From an uncultured delta proteobacterium (GTDB taxonomy: Bacteria > Desulfobacterota > RBG-13-43-22), in assembly GCA_963790475.1 (NCBI GenBank), contig CAWBOS010000013.1:224001-288000 (forward strand): a DNA stretch of 64,000 nt, given 5' to 3'. The position numbers and the translations under genes are program-made. The notes below the pieces were generated by a model. That model was given only the letters and a program-made list of their open reading frames with translations, did no database searches and was not told the DNA's origin. Of the stretch, positions 48,897 through 59,781 are shown one piece after another. Numbering within the stretch: the stretch's first letter is position 1; every line of letters starts with the position of its first letter.

Positions 48897-49733
48897 CTAT
48901 ATTTCCATTAACTGTCCCCCGGTCACATTGACGGCCTGACCGGTCATGTAGGAAGAGGCCTCGGAGGCCAAAAAAGCCACCAGATTGGCCACTTCATCTG
49001 TGGCACCGATACGGCCCAAGGGAATCATCCGGCACATTTCCTGTTCCCGTTCTTCCGGCGTGGACCCGAAAAACCGGGCCTCCAGTTCAAATCGCCATTT
49101 TTCCAGATCAGTTTGAATTTGTCCCGGACAAACGGCATTGACCCGGATCCCGGACCCGGCCAGTTCTCTGGCCATGACCTTGGTCAGCATTATCACACCG
49201 GCCTTGGCTACGGCATAGGCGCCATTAAACAGAGGGGGGACTTTGCCGGCCCGGGAAGCGGTGTTGATGATGCTCCCCGATTTTCCGGTCATTAGAGGCA
49301 GGACGGCCCGGGAGACCCGAAAAACCCCATGGAGATTGACATCAATCGTTCTCATCCAGGCCGATTCTTCATATTGCTGAACCGTGTTGGGGACGCCGAA
49401 GGATGCCCCGGCATTATTACAGAGGATATCGATCCGGTCGAACCGGTCTTTGATCCTCTCCACCATCTCCAAAATGGAATGGTTGTCGATGACGTTTACC
49501 GGCACGGCCAGGGTCTGAACGGCGAACCGGTTATTCAGTTCCCGGGCCAGTCCCTCCATTTCCTCCAGCGTTCCGGTGCCGACTTCGCTGGATTCTTGTT
49601 GAATATTTCCCAGATCAGCCAGAATCACCTGGGTTCCCAATGACGCCAATTTTCGTCCTATAGCAAACCCGATCCCGGACCGCTTCCCGGCGCCGGACAC
49701 CAGGGCTGTTTTTCCTGCCAAATCCTGCAACAT
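48897..49733 (-). CDS. SDR family oxidoreductase
   Basis: SG...GIG, NNAG, YAVAK, VNAVCPG; AGGAGG RBS before MLQDL. Confidence 0.93.
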   Translation of the reverse strand: MLQDLAGKTALVSGAGKRSGIGFAIGRKLASLGTQVILADLGNIQQESSEVGTGTLEEMEGLARELNNRFAVQTLAVPVNVIDNHSILEMVERIKDRFDRIDILCNNAGASFGVPNTVQQYEESAWMRTIDVNLHGVFRVSRAVLPLMTGKSGSIINTASRAGKVPPLFNGAYAVAKAGVIMLTKVMARELAGSGIRVNAVCPGQIQTDLEKWRFELEARFFGSTPEEREQEMCRMIPLGRIGATDEVANLVAFLASEASSYMTGQAVNVTGGQLMEI

Positions 49734-50011
49734 GGAAATCCTCCTGTTGTGGGGGATGGGTTCAATTCGAAGCCTATCCTCTAACCCAAAATAATTCGAT
49801 AAGTGGATAATAGTCAATTCAATTTTATTAAGTATCTTTCTTTTGAGAAATTAGTCGATATTCTCCTTGACCCCTCATGGGGCATATTTTATACTCTCTC
49901 CACCCAAAAAGGAAATTCATGTCAAAAAGAAAACGCGAGGCTTGACGGCCTTGTCCTCCCTTATGGAAGCCCCGCAGGCGGAAGAATTGAAGAAGTGTAA
50001 AGCGTAAGCCG

Positions 50012-50752
50012 ATGCAAACTACATTTATTGTCTATGGAATCATCGTCTGTTTTTTCTCGGGTCTTATAACGGGAATAACGGCTTTCGGATTTGCTCTTGT
50101 GGCCATCCCCTTCCTCATGCTTTTTTTTGACCCTAAAGCGGCGGTGCCAATCGTCACCATAAGCAGCGTCCTGACGGGGATATATCTTTTCTTTGAATTA
50201 AGGAAGAAGATGCAGGTAAAGAAGATCATTCCCCTGATCATCGGCGGGATAATCGGCCTTCCTTTCGGCGTCTATATTCTGGTTGTTCTTGATAAGGATG
50301 TTCTGAAAATTTCAGTAGGGGCGCTCATATCGGTTTTTGCGATTTTTCTCGCCTTGGGCATTAAGAAAGAAATAAAGAACGAGAAAAACACTTCCGTATT
50401 GATCGGCATGGTAAGCGGGTTACTGAAGGGAAGCACTTCTCTGTCAGGCCCTCCAGTGGTCCTGTTCTTAATCAATCAGGACCAGGAAAAGGAGGTTTTC
50501 AGGGCCAACCTTACCGGATACTTTATGATCATGGGAACTCTGGCCGTTATCGCCCTTACCATCGGAAAACTGGTGAGTTTAACTGTCCTGGAATACTCGG
50601 CCTGGTTTATTGTCCCGACGATTTTGGGCACCGGATTAGGGTCAAAGATCTGTCCTCGTGTAAATCCCATCCCCTTCAGGTATCTTTCGCTGGCGGTTGT
50701 TATTATTGCCGGGACACTATCTATCCTTTCCGGATTGAAGGTGTTCGGTTAA
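50012..50752 (+). CDS. TauE/SafE family membrane protein
   Basis: GITAFGFAL, SLSGPP, FRANL; multiple TM segments. Confidence 0.88.
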   Translation: MQTTFIVYGIIVCFFSGLITGITAFGFALVAIPFLMLFFDPKAAVPIVTISSVLTGIYLFFELRKKMQVKKIIPLIIGGIIGLPFGVYILVVLDKDVLKISVGALISVFAIFLALGIKKEIKNEKNTSVLIGMVSGLLKGSTSLSGPPVVLFLINQDQEKEVFRANLTGYFMIMGTLAVIALTIGKLVSLTVLEYSAWFIVPTILGTGLGSKICPRVNPIPFRYLSLAVVIIAGTLSILSGLKVFG

Positions 50753-50874
50753 GAATCGGCCTTTCTCCAGGAAGGGATCCTGGAGGATCGACCACGGCTA
50801 TGAAGTGGGTGGTCACGCCGGAGCAAAGTTGAAAAGAAGTGACACTTTAATTGTTTGAAGAAAGAGCTATTATT

Positions 50875-51056
50875 CACCGCAAAGCCGCAAAGATCGCAGA
50901 GAGAATTATTTTTATTCAATCCCATGAGAGGTGGGATTGAATAAAACAGCTCAGGCCTCCGGCCAAACAATTACGCGCAGGGTAGCGAAGATTATTGATT
51001 GCCGGCCACTCACCGGCAATCAATAAAAATATTTCTTCTTTGCTCAGCGTCTGGTG
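50875..51056. repeat. palindromic repeat, inverted copy of 47002-47178
   Basis: Shared ATTCAATCCC...GGGATTGAA, GGCCTCCGGCCAAACAATTAC and TTATTGATTG...CAATCAATAA blocks. Confidence 0.8.
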
Positions 51057-51137
51057 AAAATATTTATTTCAAAAAGCTAAACTGATACGAAAAGAAGAAC
51101 CCGCCCCGAAATTTATTCACGAAGACTTGAGGTAAAT

Positions 51138-52010
51138 ATGAAAATCGATTTATCGAAAGTAAAAACCATTGGATCAGGGCTTCTGAGACCGGAAGGAATC
51201 ATGGCCGCCGACGACGGCACGATCTACGCCGCGGATGGGCGGGGCCAATGCGCCCGAATTGAAAAAAACGGCAAAACGACCTTCTTCGGCGAATTGGATG
51301 GCCTGCCCAATGGCCTTTGCCTGGATAAGGAAGGCAACTGTATCGTCGCCAACATCGGCAACGGCCAGGTTCAATCCCTCTCCCCTGACGGAAGGCATAA
51401 AGTATTAATGACCGAAGCCGATGGAAAACAAATGTTCACACCCAACTTTCCTTTTATCGACCTCCAAAATCGACTTTGGGTTTCCAACTCCACCGACCAT
51501 AAGGACCTGGATGCCGCCTTGCGGGGCCCCGTTCCGGATGGGTGCGTCGTGCTTATTGAAAAAGGCCAAGCCCGCATCGTTGCCGGAGGGATTTGTTTTG
51601 CCAATGGATTGACTCCCAACGCCGATGAAAAATATCTCTATGTAGCCGAGACGATGAAAAGGAGGATTCTACGTTATCAGATCGCTCGGGACGGCTCTCT
51701 GTCCGGGGTGGAAGTGTATGGTCCGAATATCCTCGGAGCTCTGGGATACCCTGACGGAATTGCATTTGATGATGCGGGTAACTTGTGGATAACCTTTCCA
51801 AGCTGGAATGCGGTCGGATATTTGACCCCCCGGCAGGAACTGATTATGGTCCTGGAAGACCCGGAAGGAAAAATCCTCAAACGGCCGACCAATATCTGCT
51901 TCGGTTGGGAGGAAAGAAGAACCGCCTTTATCGGCAGTCTGGCTGGAACATCCATTCCCTATTTTCAGGTTCAGTATCCGGGAATGAGACTTATTCATCA
52001 AAAAAGTTAG
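51138..52010 (+). CDS. SMP-30/gluconolactonase family protein
   Basis: RPEG, PNG, FANGL, YPDGIAFD, PTNICFG. Confidence 0.9.
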   Translation: MKIDLSKVKTIGSGLLRPEGIMAADDGTIYAADGRGQCARIEKNGKTTFFGELDGLPNGLCLDKEGNCIVANIGNGQVQSLSPDGRHKVLMTEADGKQMFTPNFPFIDLQNRLWVSNSTDHKDLDAALRGPVPDGCVVLIEKGQARIVAGGICFANGLTPNADEKYLYVAETMKRRILRYQIARDGSLSGVEVYGPNILGALGYPDGIAFDDAGNLWITFPSWNAVGYLTPRQELIMVLEDPEGKILKRPTNICFGWEERRTAFIGSLAGTSIPYFQVQYPGMRLIHQKS

Positions 52011-52398
52011 CCCATTCGAAAACGGGTAAATTTGAAAAAAGAAAATGAAAACATCCCGCGTCTTTATCCGAAAACTTCTTTCTGTATTCCTCATCAAGTT
52101 GGTAGGAGATTTAAGCCATTGGCAAGCCAACCAGATACTACACATTCAAAAGTAAAGCCCCCGCATTTCAGACTAGTCAGATTTTCGGATTCCTTTTACT
52201 TGGTTACCTAATTGTTTTAACCTTGATTTTTTCTTTTTCTTTCCTTACACTAGTGTAATACAAAAGAAAATTATAATCATAAGTTAATAATTATTGTTAA
52301 TATCTGAAATAATAATTAAATTGGGGGTTCCATGAATCCACAATGTTCTTTTATGATAAACCGATTATCACAGAAACCCATCTGACAGGAGACTTGCT

Positions 52399-53007
52399 AT
52401 GTCAAGATTGATGGTAGTGGTATTTGTATTATTCGTCTTACTGAGTTTCAATTCGGCACAGGCCAATAGCCTCATCAATAATGGCAACAACCTCATCTAT
52501 GACTTTGACCTTGGTATCACCTGGTATAATCCAAGTTCCACCAACATGACCTGGGACCAGGCAATGTCGTGGGCAGAGAACCTGGCTATAGGGGACGCGG
52601 CAGACTGGCGGCTGCCCACAGCGTTTAACAGGGATGGAAGCCCTCCCACAGGGAATTATCCTCAAGACGCAAATGAATTGGGGTATTTGTACTACAAGGA
52701 ATTGGGTAATGTTGCAGACAATGCCAACCTAAATTCAGGCCCCTTTTCCAATCTTCAATCAATCAACTACTGGACAAACACGGAAGTGACAAGTTATAAA
52801 AGCAATGCGTGGGCTTTCAGCTTCAAGTATGGCTATTTAGGCTTTGCCGATAAGAATCCGAATAGCACCATTATCCAGTACTATTCCGCTATGGCCGTTC
52901 ATTCAGGCAATATCAGCGTCACTCAAATCCCCGAACCCGCTACCCTTCTTCTTCTTGGCTCCGGACTGATTGGGCTTTTGGGATTCAAAAGGAAGTTTAG
53001 GAAATAA
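52399..53007 (+). CDS. secreted DUF1566-like PEP-CTERM protein
   Basis: Signal peptide, DWRLP, YWT, AWAF, IPEPATLLLLGSGL and basic tail. Confidence 0.88.
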   Translation: MSRLMVVVFVLFVLLSFNSAQANSLINNGNNLIYDFDLGITWYNPSSTNMTWDQAMSWAENLAIGDAADWRLPTAFNRDGSPPTGNYPQDANELGYLYYKELGNVADNANLNSGPFSNLQSINYWTNTEVTSYKSNAWAFSFKYGYLGFADKNPNSTIIQYYSAMAVHSGNISVTQIPEPATLLLLGSGLIGLLGFKRKFRK

Positions 53008-53049
53008 TTTCATCATCATCTCTTTACTCAAAGGGATGGTCATTTTCAG

Positions 53050-53445
53050 ATTCCCGAAGGGCTCAAAGATCTACGCTGCCTGCGTTTGTTTTTTGATGCC
53101 GAAGACTCTGTAAAGCGAAAAAAAAGCCTGTTTGAAAAGGAATATGGGGTTGTGCCGGAATTTAAGGCCGGGGTGCACTGTGGAAAAGTCGTGTCGGGGG
53201 AGATGGGCAGTACCAAGATGGAAATTGCTTTCCTGGGAGACGTCATTAACACTGCTGCCCGAATCGAAGGTGAATGCAATCCTCACCGGAAGCCATTGCT
53301 AATTTCGAATGATCTGCAGCAAAAATTGAGTCTGGAGAAAGAGTATCGGAGTGAGAAGATAGGGAATATCAACCTACGGGGCAGGATGGAAAAAATCGAA
53401 TTGTATGCCATCGAAAGGGATCCCGCGCCGCAGGGGACGTTGTAA
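53050..53445 (+). pseudogene. class III cyclase C-terminal fragment
   Basis: FKAGVHCG, GDVINTAAR, LLIS; metal-binding Asp half missing. Confidence 0.8.
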
Positions 53446-53639
53446 CCTCCAGGCGAACCTACTGCTCTTGAATTTCAGACAGACTCAGCAGATTCAGCTT
53501 CCTTCCACCTCGTTTCCGAATTGCTTTCACCTTGACCGAGTCTTTTTCTTTTCTTATAATCTTTTGATCAAAAAGAAATTTCTCACCAAATCGTACTTTA
53601 GTAATTCTACGATCAATATGAATATTTACTAAGTGGAGG

Positions 53640-54860
53640 ATGAAATTTTCGCCTGAAAGGAAAAAGGCAATGAGAATCGGAATAAACCTGCTCTTGGCCA
53701 TAATGCTGTTGGTCTGTGTTTGTTCAAGCCAGGCCCGGGAGGCGTCAGTACCGAGGTTATACCGGGATCTTTATCAGAGCCTGGACGCGAAACTAACCCA
53801 GGCGGCGCGAGTTTTCGGGAAACCGGATAAAGCATTTCAGCCGACATTTGGTGTTGAGTTGACCGCGGCTAATGGCAATCGCGGACTTCAGTTGCTGAAC
53901 CCCGGTATACGGCAGGGGGTTTCGCTGAACCTTGACGCCTTTCAGTCAATGGGGGTGACCGGCGTCACGGTGGCTGTCTGTTTTCCAATGTTCTTGAAGG
54001 ACTTCCCAAACTCGGCTGACTATCTGGCTTTCTATAAGTGGGTCATTACCGAGGCCCGTCAGCGCCACCTCAAGGTTCTCTTCAAGATTGGCGAGGCCTT
54101 TCATGATCCCGTGCATGGTCACCTGCCCGTCAGCGAATTTTACAGGAATCTAACGCCGGAACGCTTCATGCGCCAAAAACGGGAAATGATCGAGATCGCG
54201 CTCCGTGAATTACAGCCGGATTTTCTCACCGTGGCCAACGAACCGGACACTTCGGCCATGAACACCTCTCTTGATTTCTCGCCGGATCACTATATTCGAT
54301 ATGTGCAGGCCTTCACCAAAGGCCTGACGCGTGGAAAGACGAAGATCGGGGCCGGTGCGGGAACCTGGAGTCCGTTGACCTATTGGACCCGACTGGCCCG
54401 GGAAACGGATGTGGATTATCTGGATATGCACATTTATCCGGTAAACTTTGATTTTTTCGCAAGTCGGCCGCTGGAAGTCGCCGACTTGGCGGCGAAAAAC
54501 AACAAGTCGCTCGTCATCGGTGAAGGCTGGCTTTACAAAAGCCGTGACAGAGAACTCGGCAAGTCCGGGTTGAGCTATCTGGAATTATATTCCCGCGATG
54601 TGTTTTCCTTCTGGGCACCTTTGGACTCCAAGTTCATTGGCGATCTGGTCCAATACAGCCGCGCCCATCAGGTCGAATATATGTCCCTCTTCTGGGTGCA
54701 GTATCTTTTTGGTTACCTGGATTACACACCGGCCCTGGCCCAGGCAGCGCCGGGCGAGTTGCAACAGCTCGGCGTTCGATCAGCCGTCGGCAATATTGTT
54801 GCCAAGAAGCCCTCGTCAACGGGAAAGGCCTATCAAGGTTACATCTCTGGGCCACAGTAA
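53640..54860 (+). CDS. secreted glycoside hydrolase-like (TIM barrel) protein
   Basis: Signal peptide; NEP, DMHIYP and IGE motifs resembling clan GH-A. Confidence 0.65.
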   Translation: MKFSPERKKAMRIGINLLLAIMLLVCVCSSQAREASVPRLYRDLYQSLDAKLTQAARVFGKPDKAFQPTFGVELTAANGNRGLQLLNPGIRQGVSLNLDAFQSMGVTGVTVAVCFPMFLKDFPNSADYLAFYKWVITEARQRHLKVLFKIGEAFHDPVHGHLPVSEFYRNLTPERFMRQKREMIEIALRELQPDFLTVANEPDTSAMNTSLDFSPDHYIRYVQAFTKGLTRGKTKIGAGAGTWSPLTYWTRLARETDVDYLDMHIYPVNFDFFASRPLEVADLAAKNNKSLVIGEGWLYKSRDRELGKSGLSYLELYSRDVFSFWAPLDSKFIGDLVQYSRAHQVEYMSLFWVQYLFGYLDYTPALAQAAPGELQQLGVRSAVGNIVAKKPSSTGKAYQGYISGPQ

Positions 54861-55027
54861 GATTTAAAAAAAGTGAAGAAATTAGTTTCAAATAGAGGTA
54901 TAGTTGTGCACCATCAAAAAAAAGTCTTTTGTAACAATTTAGACCTATGAAAAAAAGTATTTAGAATTTCCAAAAGACAAACAGATACATTTCTTCTATA
55001 GTACCGGGAGGAACCTAAGAAATCAAA

Positions 55028-55699
55028 ATGCAATCCGAACTGGAAAAGGATCTTGTTTATTTAGGGCTGATGGATAAGGCCAGAGAGATCTATGATGAGC
55101 TGGGAGAGCAGGCGGCTCTATCTTATATCAAGTCCAGCTATCGTCTTCTCAGCAAAGTATATCATCCCGATTTGAACCCCTTGAACGGAGAGAAGGCCCT
55201 GAAAGCGCAACAAAGACTAAACCAGATCAGTGAACGGATCAGCCGGCTGAAAGATGAAGAGATTATCGAGGTTCTTTTAAAAAGAGAAACTCCGGCCATC
55301 GTTCAGGACGTTCAAGAAAAACAGGACAAAAAAAAGATCCTGGTCGTGGAAGACGAATTTGGCCTTCATGAAATTTTCCGAGAAATTTTCCACATGGAGG
55401 GCTACGAGGTTCGGATCGCTACCAATGGCCTGGAGGGTTTTGAAATTTACAAGCAGTTCAAGCCGGACCTGGTCTTTACCGACATTATCATGCCTGAAAT
55501 GGACGGACTGGAGCTGGTCAGTAAAATAAGGGAAATTGATCCGCGAATAAAAGTCATTTATATGAGCGGTTTCTTCGGAATAAAGAATTTAAAGGAAAAA
55601 ATTAGAGAAGACGTTGAACAATATGGTTATCTTACTTTTTCAAAGCCATTCAAACTCAGCACTATGCTCGAAATTGTCAAAGAATATCTAAACCCTTGA
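55028..55699 (+). CDS. J-domain-like plus receiver domain protein
   Basis: IKSSYRLLSKVYHPD; ILVVEDE, TDIIMPEMDG, MSG, KPF. Confidence 0.85.
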   Translation: MQSELEKDLVYLGLMDKAREIYDELGEQAALSYIKSSYRLLSKVYHPDLNPLNGEKALKAQQRLNQISERISRLKDEEIIEVLLKRETPAIVQDVQEKQDKKKILVVEDEFGLHEIFREIFHMEGYEVRIATNGLEGFEIYKQFKPDLVFTDIIMPEMDGLELVSKIREIDPRIKVIYMSGFFGIKNLKEKIREDVEQYGYLTFSKPFKLSTMLEIVKEYLNP

Positions 55700-55854
55700 G
55701 CCTCTTGTAAAAGTCGAGAAAATATGAATTTCTCATTCAATAGGGCAGCCCCGCCCAAGCGGGTCTGACATCTATTGATTTCAACCCATTGTCAGGCAAT
55801 CCCGCCAAAGGCGGGACTGACCTATTTTAAAATAATGGACTTCTGCAAGAGACT
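55698..55854. repeat. MITE-like element with imperfect inverted ends; partial inverted copy at 57812-57866
   Basis: AGCCTCTTGTAAAAGTC / GACTTCTGCAAGAGACT ends; TGACCTATTTTAAA shared with 57812 in reverse. Confidence 0.6.
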
Positions 55855-55943
55855 ACCTGGAATCAAAAAAACCAAGAAGTTCCCGATTCACCAGTGCCGA
55901 GAGAAAGAATCGGTTTTGATGAATTGAAGAATATCACTCTTAA

Positions 55944-56540
55944 ATGGAGGAAGAAAAAGTGGAAGAAAAGTCATCGAAAAAGCAGGTCCTGGTCATTCTC
56001 GGAAGTCCCCGGAAAAAAGGGAACAGCGCCATATTGGCCGAACAAATTTCCAAGGGAGCCCGGTCTACCGGGGTAAAAGTGGAAACCATATTTCTGCAGG
56101 GCCTTAAGATCGCTCCCTGTCAGTCCTGCTATGCCTGCCAAAAACATAACAGCAAGGGTTGTGCGATCAAGGACGACATGCAGTCTATATATTTAAAGCT
56201 GATTAAAGCGGAGGCCTGGGTCATCGCCAGCCCGGTTTACTGGTTTACCATGTCCGCGCAAACCAAGATTTTTATGGACCGTTGTTTCGCCCTGGCCGCT
56301 TATGCCAAAAATGCCTTTTTAGGCAAGCGTATTGCCATCGCCATGAGTTACGGCGATACGGATCCCTTTTCTTCCGGGGGGGTGAATGCCCTGCGCACTT
56401 TTCAAGATGCTTTCCGGTATACCGGCTCCAAGATTGTCGGGATGGTCTATGGGAGTGCCATGAACGCCGGGGATATTAAATTGAATGAGGTTTTGATGCA
56501 AGAAGCGGAAAATCTGGGGAAACGGTTGGTTAAAAATTAA
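55944..56540 (+). CDS. iron-sulfur flavoprotein / flavodoxin-like FMN reductase
   Basis: GSPRKKGNS, CQSCYAC...C, SPVYW, KIFMDR. Confidence 0.9.
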   Translation: MEEEKVEEKSSKKQVLVILGSPRKKGNSAILAEQISKGARSTGVKVETIFLQGLKIAPCQSCYACQKHNSKGCAIKDDMQSIYLKLIKAEAWVIASPVYWFTMSAQTKIFMDRCFALAAYAKNAFLGKRIAIAMSYGDTDPFSSGGVNALRTFQDAFRYTGSKIVGMVYGSAMNAGDIKLNEVLMQEAENLGKRLVKN

Positions 56541-56553
56541 AAGGCGGCCGAAA

Positions 56554-57171
56554 ATGAATAATCCGGTCAGGGCCGATCAGTTTTATGTTTGGTTTGACAC
56601 CGAGTACTCCACTTTGGAACTGGAAACCGCCTTACTGCTGCAAGTGGCGGCCCTGGTCACCGATACCTCGCTCCAGCGGGTGTTGCCCCCGGAGCAGGAT
56701 ATCCGGTTGACCATAAAGGTCCCTGCCGGTGGAACACTCAGCCCCTGGGTTGAGCAGCATCTGCCGGATTTAGTTAGGGCCAGCAGATCTTCAGAGGCGG
56801 TGGATATCGAAGTTGCCGATAGACGCCTTTCCGCCTATGTGGATGCGGCGGTTGGTTTTCCTGCCGAGCGGGAGAACCAGCGACCGGCACTGGCAGGTAA
56901 CACGATCCATGCCGACTGGTGGTTAATCCGCCGCTTCCTGCCCCGATTCCTTAGCCGCTTGCATTACCGCCATCTGGATGTGACCGCATTCAAATTGGAA
57001 TGGAAGCATCTCCATCCCGAAAAGGAATTTGAAAAGGAAAATCCGGAGATCATCGGCCGCTATTTTCCCGAGGCCGTTTTACCTGCTTCAGACGGGCGCC
57101 ATGACGCCTACTATGACCTGCAGGCCTCGGTTGCCGAACTGGCCTTTTATCGCCGGTTTCTCTTTCGGTAG
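56554..57171 (+). CDS. oligoribonuclease-like DEDDh exonuclease
   Basis: WFDTE, LAGNTIHAD, LHYRHLDV, HDAYYD. Confidence 0.85.
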   Translation: MNNPVRADQFYVWFDTEYSTLELETALLLQVAALVTDTSLQRVLPPEQDIRLTIKVPAGGTLSPWVEQHLPDLVRASRSSEAVDIEVADRRLSAYVDAAVGFPAERENQRPALAGNTIHADWWLIRRFLPRFLSRLHYRHLDVTAFKLEWKHLHPEKEFEKENPEIIGRYFPEAVLPASDGRHDAYYDLQASVAELAFYRRFLFR

Positions 57172-57277
57172 ATTACCTTTACGCTTGACTATCCCCCCAC
57201 CTGGTGAGGTATAATTTTATCCTCAACGTTGCTTAGACCTGAAATTATTTTTATCCTAAACAGGATATTATGTATCT

Positions 57278-57718
57278 ATGAAAAATCCCGAAACTGGACT
57301 GATGGAAGATAGACGGAAAAAACCGACCCCCATGCTGAGTCCCTACACCTTGAACGGACGAAGAAAGGGATTCTCTAACCAAAATGGTTTTCCAAAAGAG
57401 GGGTATGTGGATCACTATGGTCCCACATTGCTGGTTTTTTTGGTTTTGATCTTAGGGTTGAATTGTCTTGACTCCTTCTTCACCCTGAAGATTCTGCAAT
57501 ATGGGGGCCGGGAATTGAATCCCATTATGGAATCGATCATTGCTCTTTTGGGTGAAAAATTTTGGGTCTGGAAATTTGCGATCATTTCCTTTTCTTCCAT
57601 TATCCTTTGTCTCCACAGCCAATATAAAGGGGTCAAAACCGCCATCTGGCTGCTTTGTTTTATATATATCGGATTAATAGGCTACCAGCTTATCGTCATC
57701 ACGATCAATAACCTTTAA
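57278..57718 (+). CDS. DUF5658-like membrane protein
   Basis: LDSFFTL, GGRELNP, WKF. Confidence 0.8.
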   Translation: MKNPETGLMEDRRKKPTPMLSPYTLNGRRKGFSNQNGFPKEGYVDHYGPTLLVFLVLILGLNCLDSFFTLKILQYGGRELNPIMESIIALLGEKFWVWKFAIISFSSIILCLHSQYKGVKTAIWLLCFIYIGLIGYQLIVITINNL

Positions 57719-57873
57719 CGTCAAGAATTGTCTTCGGGAAGCAACACTTCCTTTAATGCTGATGTCTTGTTTTCCTCCTTCCCCCTTCATAGGATTTATT
57801 TGTTGATCTTCGAGCCACTTGCAAAAGTCCATTCTTTTTAAAATAGGTCAAATAGATGTCAACTCACCGAACC

Positions 57874-58302
57874 TCAGGTAGACGACCCGACCGATCCTGA
57901 CGAATCATCAATTTTAATCATCAGGGCTATCGTATGCAGGTCTTTAGAAACCGGCCGGGTTTGGCCTAAAGACCATTCCCCAAATCCGAAACCATTCCCG
58001 AGGAGTTGTTCCAATTCTTTAACCAACCCCTTGATATTGATGATCGGGTGACGGGAAAAGACTTCCGGAAGCCCATAGGTGAGATTACAGACCAGACATT
58101 TTCCCGGTCGTTCTTTCAATTCCAGCTCAAACAGGAGTATTCCGCGGGTTGAATCATATTTTTTGAACTTCAAGCCGATGGTATAGGCCCCCTCCTGGAT
58201 GTCTCCGTAAAGGGCCTCAAAGAATTGATCCGCCCGAGCCTCCGGAAAAATATTCCCCAATACCTGATCTGAAAAAATTGCACTGAATTCCTTTCCTTCC
58301 AT
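57874..58302 (-). CDS. conserved hypothetical protein
   Basis: FFEALYGD, RPGKCLVCNLTYGLPEVFSRHP; GGAGG RBS. Confidence 0.8.
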   Translation of the reverse strand: MEGKEFSAIFSDQVLGNIFPEARADQFFEALYGDIQEGAYTIGLKFKKYDSTRGILLFELELKERPGKCLVCNLTYGLPEVFSRHPIINIKGLVKELEQLLGNGFGFGEWSLGQTRPVSKDLHTIALMIKIDDSSGSVGSST

Positions 58303-58334
58303 GATTTATCCTCCATCCCCCTCCTGGTCCACAA

Positions 58335-58493
58335 TCATCTGGCAGCCATGCGCATCCCGTCATCCAGGCGGATGACCTCACCGTTCAACAGGGGATTCTC
58401 GATGATATGGGCAGCCAGCCGGGCATATTCCACGGCCCGCCCCAACCTTTTTGGAAAGCCGGTGATTAAAGCCACCCGATCTTTGATTTCCAT
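58335..58493 (-). pseudogene. collapsed SDR (3-hydroxyacyl-CoA dehydrogenase-like) gene
   Basis: [12 protein letters not shown] joined in frame to FPKRLG...[20 protein letters not shown]; RBS present. Confidence 0.8.
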
Positions 58494-58620
58494 CAAGTCT
58501 CTCCTTCCCCATTTTTCGCTTGCTTCAGGCCGGCGCCTATCTTATACTTCTTCGTTCCAAAAGCCAATTATTTTCATTCCCCAAATTGAGTCACCAGCCC
58601 TGACAACGACAGGAGGTTTA

Positions 58621-59781
58621 ATGAAATATCGAAAATTTGGAAAACTGGATTGGGAGGTTTCTGCCCTGGGTTTCGGGGCCATGCGTCTGCCGGTCCTGGG
58701 CCAGAACCCGGCAGCCGGAAATCCGGATATCAATGAACCCGAAGCCATCAGGATGATTCGTCAGGCCATCGAACAGGGTGTAAATTACCTGGATACGGCC
58801 TATCCCTATCACGGCGGGAAAAGCGAGGTGGCTGTTGGTAAGGCCTTAAAGGACGGTTACCGTGAAAAAATAAAACTGGCCACCAAAATGCCATCCTGGT
58901 TTATTTTAGAATATACGGATTTTGATAAATATTTAAATGAGCAACTGACAAAACTACAGACCGACCGTATTGATTTCTATTTATTACACGGTTTGAATAA
59001 ACAGCATTGGCCGAAATTGCGCGACCTGGAGGTCTTGAAGTGGGCTGACAACACCATCAAAGACGGCCGGATCGGCTACCTCGGCTTTTCGTTTCATGAT
59101 GACCTGGCTACTTTCAAACAGATCATTGACGGTTATGACCGCTGGACTTTTTGTCAGATTCAATACAATTTTATGGATATTGAATACCAGGCCGGAACCA
59201 GCGGATTGAAATATGCGGCCGATAAAGGCCTGGCCGTGGTGATTATGGAGCCTTTGAGGGGCGGACAAATATCCAAAGAGCCGCCGGATTCCGTTAAAGA
59301 AATATGGAAAAGGTCACCGATAAGAAGATCAGCGGCGGATTGGGCCTTGCAGTGGCTTTGGAATCAGCCGGAGGTATCCGTGGTCCTCAGCGGAATGACC
59401 ACCATGGAGCAGGTTATTGAAAATACTGCCAGCGCCGAACACTCCGCCATCGGTTCCCTGGGGGCTGAGGACTTGGCGCTGATCGATGAAGCCCGTAATC
59501 AATACCGAAAACTCAGCCCCATCCCCTGTACCGGCTGCGAGTATTGCATGCCCTGTCCGAACGAGGTAAACATTCCCCATGCCTTTCATTACTACAATGA
59601 TGCCATAATGTACGATGACCCTCGAACGGCCAGATTCCGCTATCGTGAGAAATCCAGGGAAGCCTGGGCGGACAATTGTATCGAATGCCTCGAGTGCGAG
59701 GAGAAATGCCCCCAGCAGATCCCCATTGCCGAATGGCTTAAGAAGGCCCATGAATATCTGGGACCCAGGAAAAAAACATAA
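58621..59781 (+). CDS. aldo/keto reductase with C-terminal 4Fe-4S domain
   Basis: LGFGAMRLP, DTAYPY, CTGCEYCMPCP, CIECLECEEKCP; AGGAGG RBS at true start. Confidence 0.93.
   Translation: MKYRKFGKLDWEVSALGFGAMRLPVLGQNPAAGNPDINEPEAIRMIRQAIEQGVNYLDTAYPYHGGKSEVAVGKALKDGYREKIKLATKMPSWFILEYTDFDKYLNEQLTKLQTDRIDFYLLHGLNKQHWPKLRDLEVLKWADNTIKDGRIGYLGFSFHDDLATFKQIIDGYDRWTFCQIQYNFMDIEYQAGTSGLKYAADKGLAVVIMEPLRGGQISKEPPDSVKEIWKRSPIRRSAADWALQWLWNQPEVSVVLSGMTTMEQVIENTASAEHSAIGSLGAEDLALIDEARNQYRKLSPIPCTGCEYCMPCPNEVNIPHAFHYYNDAIMYDDPRTARFRYREKSREAWADNCIECLECEEKCPQQIPIAEWLKKAHEYLGPRKKT

Noticed and set aside
58348-58620. 91-aa N-terminal extension of the aldo/keto reductase
   Set aside because: Overlaps the antisense SDR remnant; strong RBS at 58621
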